27,219 bases of DNA. Origin: a virus (lineage: Duplodnaviria; Caudoviricetes). Positions 9,067 through 16,366 of this stretch are shown piece after piece (within the stretch, counting starts at the first letter, position 1; the number at the start of each line of letters is the position of its first letter). The position numbers and the translations under genes are program-made. The stretch spans positions 1 through 27,219 of IMG/VR virus record IMGVR_UViG_3300016665_000192; one strand, written 5' to 3'. The notes beneath the pieces were generated by a model. It was not told the origin of the DNA and searched no databases. It saw only the letters and a list, made by a program, of their open reading frames with translations.

Positions 9067-9957
9067 ATGTCAGAAACAGAAAATAGAGAATTACGTAATG
9101 CCATCTTTGCAGCGCAGCAAGCAGCACAGAATGCAGGTGCAACTGGCAATGAAGGGCAACCAATTACAGCAACACAGTATGCAAAACAAGAACTCGGTGT
9201 AGAAATTCCTGTTGATGCAGTTCCGCTTCCATCAAAGGGCAAAGTATATCCACCAGGTCATCCTCTTTGTGGTGCCGAGGGAGTTGAATATCGTGCAATG
9301 ACAGCCAAAGAAGAAGACATTCTTATGTCTCAGGCTCTTATTAAACGTGGAACCGTTATTACAGAACTTATTAAGTCTTGTTTGATTAATAGAGATATCG
9401 ATGTTCAATCGCTACTTTCTGGCGATAGAAATGCTCTCATGATTGCAATTCGTGCAACCGGATATGGCAATATATATGAACCACAATATAGCTGCCCATC
9501 TTGTGAGTTTAAGAATGAGTTGCAAATCGATCTTAATCAATTAGCTATCAAGCCATTGACATTAGATCCAATAACTTCATCTGGTAATCTATTCAATTTC
9601 AAACTTCCAGTTTCAAATAAGACTATTACATTCAAGTTCTTGACAGGAAGAGAAGAAGAAGAAATTGTCAATGAAACAGAAACCAGAAAGAAAAAGGGTT
9701 TGTTGAATTCCAATCTTATTACTGCTAGACTTCTACGTTCTATAGTGGCTATTGATGGAAATGACAATAAGAGCCTTATATCAAAATTCGTTCAGTATAT
9801 GCCAGCACGTGACTCTTTGGCTTTACGTGAATATATTGATGAACATGAGCCAGGAGTCGATATGAAAGTTGATTTCCGTTGCACAAGTTGCGATCATTTT
9901 GAGGAGGTAGCCCTTCCAATGGGTCCAACGTTTTTTTGGCCTAACTTCAAGCGATAA
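9067..9957 (+). CDS. Baseplate hub assembly chaperone (T4 gp26-like), ~296 aa
   Basis: Motifs 'VPLPSKGKVYP', 'MTAKEEDIL', 'GDRNALMIAIRATGYG', CPSC and CTSC zinc pairs, 'F.LPVS...FKFLTG.EE', C-terminal 'FFWP'. ATG 9067 is 8 nt after GGAGG. Confidence 0.82.
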   Translation: MSETENRELRNAIFAAQQAAQNAGATGNEGQPITATQYAKQELGVEIPVDAVPLPSKGKVYPPGHPLCGAEGVEYRAMTAKEEDILMSQALIKRGTVITELIKSCLINRDIDVQSLLSGDRNALMIAIRATGYGNIYEPQYSCPSCEFKNELQIDLNQLAIKPLTLDPITSSGNLFNFKLPVSNKTITFKFLTGREEEEIVNETETRKKKGLLNSNLITARLLRSIVAIDGNDNKSLISKFVQYMPARDSLALREYIDEHEPGVDMKVDFRCTSCDHFEEVALPMGPTFFWPNFKR

Positions 9958-9961
9958 AGAA

Positions 9962-10207
9962 ATGGTTCTTCTTGAGCCATTTTTCCTATTAGGTTATTAT
10001 TTTGGGATGGATTGGAATACGTATTACAATTATCCAATAGCCTATAAAAGATGGCTCATAAAGAGAATAGAAAAAGAAATTAGTAAAGCGCATGAAGCTC
10101 AGAATGATATTCCAAGCAAGGCGCCGCATCATAATACTCCAGACGTAAGATCGCTTACCGGAAAAGTGAGAACACAAGTTCCACATAAGCTTCAACGCTT
10201 TACTTGA
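9962..10207 (+). CDS. Small tail/baseplate assembly chaperone (gp51-like or GT-type extension); frame open from 9911
   Basis: 'FFLLGYYFGMDWNTYYNYPIAYKRWLIKRI' resembles the small helical chaperone domain that follows gp26-like genes. RBS is weak; see the frameshift finding. Confidence 0.7.
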   Translation: MVLLEPFFLLGYYFGMDWNTYYNYPIAYKRWLIKRIEKEISKAHEAQNDIPSKAPHHNTPDVRSLTGKVRTQVPHKLQRFT

Positions 10208-10211
10208 GTGA

Positions 10212-10754
10212 TTAAAAACGAATCTTAAGAATACCCAGATGATGTAATGCCATATAGGCTCCATCTGGGTTTCTTATTTTGCCGTCAAATAAAAGATTCT
10301 CTAAATCTTCCATGTTTACAACGGCAACTTCTAAGAATTCATCAGGATCTAAATCTAAATCAGATACTTTATTGCATCCAGTAGCTACAAACACATGGCG
10401 CATACCAGATGAATATGGTGAATAGCTTCGAGAGGATAGAAACTCTACATTACCCTCATAGCCCGTCTCTTCTAATAGTTCACGTTCAGCGGCTCTAGAA
10501 GGCTTTTCTCCAGGATCTATCATACCACCAGGTAGTTCGAACTCTACTCGTTCCAAACCCGGTCTAAACTGTTTTACGAGCACTACTTGACCATCTGAGG
10601 TCATAGGAAAGATATTAACGCTATCCGGTATTCTGTCAATAAAAGAAATATGCGACTTCCCATTTGGCAACAAGAAGGTTTTTTCAATAACTTTTTTCTT
10701 GTAGCCGGTTGGTTTGTGTGAGAAGGTGTAAAATTTTTCTTTTAGCTTTTTCAT
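10212..10754 (-). CDS. Nudix hydrolase (ADP-ribose pyrophosphatase/NudF-like), 180 aa
   Basis: Complete Nudix box GX5EX7REUXEEXGU = 'GMIDPGEKPSRAAERELLEETGY'. Upstream 'VVLVKQFRP...ELPGG' and downstream 'LDPDEFLEV' are typical of ADPRases. Confidence 0.92.
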   Translation of the reverse strand: MKKLKEKFYTFSHKPTGYKKKVIEKTFLLPNGKSHISFIDRIPDSVNIFPMTSDGQVVLVKQFRPGLERVEFELPGGMIDPGEKPSRAAERELLEETGYEGNVEFLSSRSYSPYSSGMRHVFVATGCNKVSDLDLDPDEFLEVAVVNMEDLENLLFDGKIRNPDGAYMALHHLGILKIRF

Positions 10755-10755
10755 A

Positions 10756-11289
10756 TCAGTCTCTTCTAGAACGTTTACCAGAGCATTTCCATTTCTTTCT
10801 GGAAAGTCTTAGGGGACTGTTAGGATCTTTAGCGGCTGAAGGATGATCTTTCATTTGTCCATAAGAGCGAGCACAGTAGCTGTCGCCTTTTGATGTGCCT
10901 GGAGCAATAGAATAACCCTTGGCGCCATAACGAATGGTTCTCTTATTCTTTCCAGAACCAACTACCTTCTTATACTTCTTTGGACCTTTATACGCTTCAC
11001 TAATTTCTTCCATTATTAAGTCTTTAACAATTCTATCGACCAATTCTTCTTCTATATCAGGAAAAAATTCATCTTCTAATATATTTTTCACCAACATTTT
11101 TAAATTGTTGAGAGATTTTTCATCATATTTGGCATCATCGATATATTGATCAAAATCAGCCAAAGTATTCAATCCTTCTTCTTCAAAAGCTTTTTGGAGA
11201 ACAGGTATTGCTGTGTTCTTTGTAAAATCAGCCTGTATTTCTTCATTAAGAAGAAAGTTTAATAAGTTTTTGATATTATAGTTTGACAT
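10756..11289 (-). CDS. Hypothetical protein, 177 aa: acidic N-terminal half and basic C-terminal phage domain (DUF6321-like from memory)
   Basis: GAGG RBS. C-terminus 'IRYGAKGYSIAPGTSKGDSYCARS...AKDPNSPLRLSRKKWKC'. Its stop is 1 nt from the Nudix ATG, suggesting translational coupling. Confidence 0.72.
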   Translation of the reverse strand: MSNYNIKNLLNFLLNEEIQADFTKNTAIPVLQKAFEEEGLNTLADFDQYIDDAKYDEKSLNNLKMLVKNILEDEFFPDIEEELVDRIVKDLIMEEISEAYKGPKKYKKVVGSGKNKRTIRYGAKGYSIAPGTSKGDSYCARSYGQMKDHPSAAKDPNSPLRLSRKKWKCSGKRSRRD

Positions 11290-11301
11290 TATAAAACCTC
11301 T

Positions 11302-11658
11302 TCAGAGCGGCCATTGTTTGCCAGTTTTTTCTTCAAAAGCTTTTTTGGCGAGATTTTGAGCATTAAGTTTCTGCATTACAGATTCTACAGTTGCACCTTC
11401 ACGCTTAAGTTCTTCTTGATATTCTTTTGAAGCACGGATTACTTCTTGAACTGCTTCCATTTGTTCTGGGGTTCCTTGAAGCTTAAATGGAAAACTAACT
11501 TCGCCTTCTGAACCTTGTTCAGCTTGTTCATCCATGGAATTTGCTAGTTTTTTAAGACCAACTTGAGCTAATCTTGCAGCAACACCAGCAAAGAATAATT
11601 TGCCAGCCCAAGATAGACGAATTTCATTAAGTTGTTGTTGTGAATTTTTATCTGACAT
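11302..11658 (-). CDS. Hypothetical protein, 118 aa
   Basis: GAGG RBS. First gene of the minus-strand block. Short hydrophobic segment followed by a helical/coiled-coil C-terminus. Confidence 0.75.
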   Translation of the reverse strand: MSDKNSQQQLNEIRLSWAGKLFFAGVAARLAQVGLKKLANSMDEQAEQGSEGEVSFPFKLQGTPEQMEAVQEVIRASKEYQEELKREGATVESVMQKLNAQNLAKKAFEEKTGKQWPL

Positions 11659-11752
11659 AATATTGCCTCAATACCTCAAAATTTTAGTTCTGATTGTAAT
11701 TATGACAAGCCACATTAAACATTGTGGATATATTAAAGATAAATAGTAAAAG

Positions 11753-14700
11753 ATGGCAACAAACATTGAAATAACGGCTCAGATGAATAAAATGTTGGCG
11801 GATCAAAACCAACTTTTATTAGTCCAAGCAAAAATACAACGTGGTCAATTAGCTATTATGCAACAAATGGCTGAAGCAATGGGCAACGTTGATGTTTCAA
11901 AGTTAAATGACAACTTTAAACAAATTAACGAACAAATAGAAGCTGCTGATGCTGCATTGAAAAAAATGGAACAAACCGGACAAGCTGCTGCTGGAAATGT
12001 AGCTGCCGGTGGTAAAAAAATGAAAACAGCTTTGAATGCTGTTTCTGATGCCGCTGGAGACGTTGCTAAAAACATAGAAAAAGTTAACGTTGCAGCTATG
12101 GCAATCGATGGAGCTATAGCAGGCTTTCAAACAACATTCAACGTATTAGGCGGCGTTAAAAATATATTAAAAAATGTCATAAGCACGTTTGGTCAGTTTG
12201 CTCTTTCAGTTATTAGATTTCCTTTTGCTTTGTGGGGCTTCTTATTTGAGAAAGCTGCTGGAGATGGTGGTGGCGGTGGTGGATTAAGGGAAGCTTTGGA
12301 AGCTATAAGAAAAGAGTTTGGTGATTTAAGAACAAATGGCGCTAAAGCAATTCAAGATTTAGCTAAAAGCATGAGCGGAACTCTTGGAGCTACCGGCTTA
12401 TCTGTTTATAAAACGTTTGGTAATTTAGCAGAAAGATTAAAATATTTCACCGAGGTTGCTAAAAATCTTGGTAATATGTTTGGCGTGGTTGTAAGCGCCG
12501 GTTTGATAAAAAGTGCTGAAGCTGTTGGGGCTTTTCAAAAAGGTCTTAATATCAGTAATGAAGGTATGAAAGCCATAGCAAGGCAGGCTATTATATCAGG
12601 TCGAACTATGGATGAAGAATTGCGTGAAACTGCAAACTATGCAATTCAAATGGGAGAAGCTTTTGGTATTAATGCTCAAGTAATTGGTCATGATATGGCT
12701 GAACTTGAGGCAGACATGAAACACTTTGGTGGACTGTCAAGGAAGGCTCTTTCCGAAACTGTAGTATATGCACATAAACTAGGTATTGAAGTTAAGGCTC
12801 TAGCTGGCATTATGGATGCCTTTGATAACTTTGACACTGCTGCTGAAGCAGCGGCTAGATTGAATCAGCAGTTTGGTATACAGGTAGACGTACAACGACT
12901 GATGAGAGCAGAGAACCCTGCTGAACGATTGGATATATTAAGGCAAGGATTAGAAAGAACTGGTAAGAGCTTTGATCAATTAAGTCGTCGTGAACAGGCT
13001 TATCTAGCTCAACAAGTAAATCTTGCCCCAGAAGAAGCTGCATTAGCATTTAGAAAAGGTGGCGCCAGCTTAGACGAAATACAAAAGAAATCTGCGGAGG
13101 CTCAAAAGAAACAGTTGTCGCAGGCGGAAGCCATGCAAAAACTTGCTGGGTCAATTGAAAGATTAATTAAATCTGGTGGTGGACTTCAAAAGGGTTTGTT
13201 TGCAGCCTTCTTCGAAGGATTTGAAAGAGGAATATTCCGAAGTCGAGATTTCCTAAAAGTGTTTAGGGAGATAAGGCAAGTTCTGAGAACCGTAAGGAGA
13301 GCAGGCATACAAGTTGGTAGAGCATTTGTTGAAACTTTCCCTGGTGTTCAAAACATCGTTAAAGGCTTGCAGGATTTATTTAATCCAGCACGTTGGCAAA
13401 AAACAATGTCTAACGTCGTTGATGTATTTAAGAATTTTTTCAAAGAACTTCAAACAAATCCAGAAGCTGGAATGAAAAACCTTTTTGATAGATTGAAAAG
13501 TCTATTCTTCGACCATTTTGATGCATCAACTGGTGCTGGTCGTAAAATTATAGAAGGATTCAAAACATTCTTTAAGACTATTCTAGCTGCTGGTGTTGGA
13601 GGGCTTAAATTAGCTATACCTTTGTTGTTTGAGGGTTTAACTAAAGTCATTCGAGGAATTAATGGATTCTTAAAAGGCGAACAAATGCCCATCGATGTTA
13701 GTGGGTTTACTGGACAAATAATGGAGATATTGTCCGGACTTTGGAAAACCATTAAAGATGCGGCGCCGCCTTTGTTGGAATCGCTTAAAGATTTGTTTAA
13801 GACTGCATTTACAAAGCTTTCTGAGATTATTGAACCATACAAGGGAAGAATAATGTTAATGTTATTTGGACCTGCATTGTTCCGTAGTGCTTTAGGAGGA
13901 TTAAGTGCTGGCTTATCAAATCTTTTTATTCAGTCCATGGTTAAAGCAGCTACTACAGCAGCCTCTTCGCCTGCGGCTCAAGGTGCTGTTGGCGGTATTG
14001 CCAGAAGAATGCCTCCAGTTCCTCCTCCTGGAAGACCATTAAGTGGTATTCCTTTGAGTCCACGTGCAGCAGGACAAATTGTTCAAACAAATGATGCTCT
14101 CGGAAGATTTGGTGTTGCTGATGCTGCAAAACTCGGAGCAAAATTAGTTGCTATAGCTGCTGCATTGGCAATTGGCGGTATTGCCATGGCATATGCAGTA
14201 AAACAAATGGCGTCTGTTCTATCTGATACTCCAATAGACGGGATTGTTAAATCATTAGCTGTATTGGGTGCAGCAGCTATAGGAATGGCTGGATTAGCTG
14301 CCGCATCTAAATTGCTTTCTAAAGTCAATCTTGCAGAAGTTGGAAAAGCATATTTGGGTGCAGGTGCCCTTATACCAATGATCATTGCCATAGCCGGAGT
14401 TATGGCAATAGTTTCTGAAATGCTATTACAATATTCGATAAGCGATGTTTTAAAAGCAGGATTAGCAATGGGAGCAGGAGTTATTATATTCACTGCTGCC
14501 GTTCCATTAATAGTTGCTGCTGGTGCTCTTGGCGCAGCCATAGTTGCATCCGGTGGTTTGGCATTAGCTGCTGCTGCGACAGGCTTCGGTGCTATATTAG
14601 CGGTCGTTGGTGGAATGGTTAGTTCTATTATTGGTTTTATTGACGAGATTAAAAACATACCAATTGGAGATCCATCAGCTTTTGCACCAAGACTCGATGC

Positions 14701-16150
14701 ATTTGTAAAAGTCTTTGGAGCTATAGTTTCGTTTGCTGGCGTTTTCTCTGCAATAATGGCTGCCGGAGCAATATCTTCAATTACTACACTATTGTCATAT
14801 ATGAGTCCAGCCGGATTATTAAATAGATTGTTTGGAGGAGGAGAAGCAGGAGGTCCGCTTAAACAACTAAATGATATAATTAGCGGAATTACTGGTGGCG
14901 TATCTACAATAATAACCACAATTTCTAAAAGCTTGTCAAATGTAAGCCCTGCTCAATTGAAAAGTCTTGAAGCAATTGGACCAGTTATAAGTGCAATTGC
15001 TACATTGGCAGAAGCAATAAAACCACCAGAAGGCGCTGGAGGCGGAACTGAAGTTGGATTTACTGGTGTTAGCGTCCGACGAGCAACTGATATTAATGCA
15101 TGGCTTAATACAATGAAAGACGTTTTAACTGGACCTACTGGATTAATTAAAACTGCAAGTGATGTTGTCAGAGAGCTAGCTACAATTCCAAATGTGAACC
15201 CAGAAGGAGTCAAAGCTTCTGCTACAATATTAAGTGGAATAGTTGGACTGGTAGCAAATCTTAAAATCGATCCGGAATATATAAAAGCTCTATCTGCAAA
15301 TAATGGTCGCAATATTTCCGCTCTTAGAGGCGCTGCGAGTGCTGCTATACGAGATCAAGTCAAGGGAGTTATAGACATTATTGATGCAGTAAAAAATGAT
15401 ATTCGTGGCTTAATAGGCGGAATAGTTGAAGTAACTAAAGGCTTATCAATAGGACAGCTAAACAGAGCCGCAAAAGGTGCCGAAGTTGTTGGTTCTATCA
15501 TTGGAACAATTGTTAATTTAGTAAATTCTGTTAAAGAAACTGGCGCCATTCCTACTGCTGGTGGCGGAACAACATTTGATGCAGCTACTTTTAATAGCAT
15601 TATGATTCAAGCACATAGCTTAGTTACTAGTTTGTTTGGTGGCGCCAATGGCGGAGTTATGAAAACAATTGTAGATGCCATAAGCAGATCAGGAATATCT
15701 GCACTTCCTCGAGGAATCGATACTAAAGTAAAAGCAGTTGCAGATATATTGAACGTTATCTCTGGATTGGCTAGTGCCGAGAATCAAACTGCAATAAGTG
15801 GCATATCTGATGGTATTAATGCGATTAATCGTCAATTAGTGAACATAGTAAGCGGTGGAGAAAATAGTCCATTTACTGCAATGATTAACAACATCAATGC
15901 AGTAGGAAGATTGCTTAATTCAGCAAACCCAGTTAATATCAATACCGAAATGAATCGATTTGTTAAGAGAGTAGGATTAGCAACTGGAGAATATACCATA
16001 AACAACAGAAACTTTACATTACAAGTTAATGTTCAAGTCAAGCTTGATGCAGATAGATTTGAGCAAGCACTTCAAAGCAGACCTGGCGGATCTGATTTCG
16101 TTGTAAGACCTGGCGCTGGTGCTCCTGCAAATCGCTCTACACAAAGATAA
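11753..16150 (+). CDS. Tail tape measure protein, 1465 aa
   Basis: Very long Ala/Gly/Ile/Leu-rich helical protein with an N-terminal coiled coil, 'FDNFDTAAEAAARLNQQFG', aromatic-spaced amphipathic stretches and a long hydrophobic central region. Lies between the chaperones and the baseplate genes. Confidence 0.88.
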   Translation: MATNIEITAQMNKMLADQNQLLLVQAKIQRGQLAIMQQMAEAMGNVDVSKLNDNFKQINEQIEAADAALKKMEQTGQAAAGNVAAGGKKMKTALNAVSDAAGDVAKNIEKVNVAAMAIDGAIAGFQTTFNVLGGVKNILKNVISTFGQFALSVIRFPFALWGFLFEKAAGDGGGGGGLREALEAIRKEFGDLRTNGAKAIQDLAKSMSGTLGATGLSVYKTFGNLAERLKYFTEVAKNLGNMFGVVVSAGLIKSAEAVGAFQKGLNISNEGMKAIARQAIISGRTMDEELRETANYAIQMGEAFGINAQVIGHDMAELEADMKHFGGLSRKALSETVVYAHKLGIEVKALAGIMDAFDNFDTAAEAAARLNQQFGIQVDVQRLMRAENPAERLDILRQGLERTGKSFDQLSRREQAYLAQQVNLAPEEAALAFRKGGASLDEIQKKSAEAQKKQLSQAEAMQKLAGSIERLIKSGGGLQKGLFAAFFEGFERGIFRSRDFLKVFREIRQVLRTVRRAGIQVGRAFVETFPGVQNIVKGLQDLFNPARWQKTMSNVVDVFKNFFKELQTNPEAGMKNLFDRLKSLFFDHFDASTGAGRKIIEGFKTFFKTILAAGVGGLKLAIPLLFEGLTKVIRGINGFLKGEQMPIDVSGFTGQIMEILSGLWKTIKDAAPPLLESLKDLFKTAFTKLSEIIEPYKGRIMLMLFGPALFRSALGGLSAGLSNLFIQSMVKAATTAASSPAAQGAVGGIARRMPPVPPPGRPLSGIPLSPRAAGQIVQTNDALGRFGVADAAKLGAKLVAIAAALAIGGIAMAYAVKQMASVLSDTPIDGIVKSLAVLGAAAIGMAGLAAASKLLSKVNLAEVGKAYLGAGALIPMIIAIAGVMAIVSEMLLQYSISDVLKAGLAMGAGVIIFTAAVPLIVAAGALGAAIVASGGLALAAAATGFGAILAVVGGMVSSIIGFIDEIKNIPIGDPSAFAPRLDAFVKVFGAIVSFAGVFSAIMAAGAISSITTLLSYMSPAGLLNRLFGGGEAGGPLKQLNDIISGITGGVSTIITTISKSLSNVSPAQLKSLEAIGPVISAIATLAEAIKPPEGAGGGTEVGFTGVSVRRATDINAWLNTMKDVLTGPTGLIKTASDVVRELATIPNVNPEGVKASATILSGIVGLVANLKIDPEYIKALSANNGRNISALRGAASAAIRDQVKGVIDIIDAVKNDIRGLIGGIVEVTKGLSIGQLNRAAKGAEVVGSIIGTIVNLVNSVKETGAIPTAGGGTTFDAATFNSIMIQAHSLVTSLFGGANGGVMKTIVDAISRSGISALPRGIDTKVKAVADILNVISGLASAENQTAISGISDGINAINRQLVNIVSGGENSPFTAMINNINAVGRLLNSANPVNINTEMNRFVKRVGLATGEYTINNRNFTLQVNVQVKLDADRFEQALQSRPGGSDFVVRPGAGAPANRSTQR

Positions 16151-16166
16151 TATAGGTGTTTGAATT

Positions 16167-16349
16167 ATGTCATTGTTTGACGAACTAATGAAACAAGAAC
16201 AATATCGTATGCTTTTTGATAATTACCCAGATGATCAAAAGGCGCTAATAATGGAAAAAATAAAAGAATTTATGGATGATGCTGAAAAGAAAATATTGAA
16301 TCCTTTAAAGCAGGCATCTGACATTATTTCTACAACGAAAACCGTATAA
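16167..16349 (+). CDS. Small hypothetical protein, 60 aa
   Basis: AGGTG RBS. Fills the gap between the tape measure and baseplate genes. Confidence 0.65.
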   Translation: MSLFDELMKQEQYRMLFDNYPDDQKALIMEKIKEFMDDAEKKILNPLKQASDIISTTKTV

Positions 16350-16366
16350 AGCAGTAGTTATATATT

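Noticed and set aside
11710-11727. CCACA-N8-TGTGG inverted repeat in the divergent intergenic region
   Set aside because: Only a 5-bp stem with no T tract. Too weak to call.
14083-14919. 278-aa minus-strand ORF (and others at 13450-13842 and 14953-15312)
   Set aside because: Antisense shadows of the Ala/Gly-rich tape measure gene, whose GCN/GGN codons suppress stops on the opposite strand. No RBS or motif.
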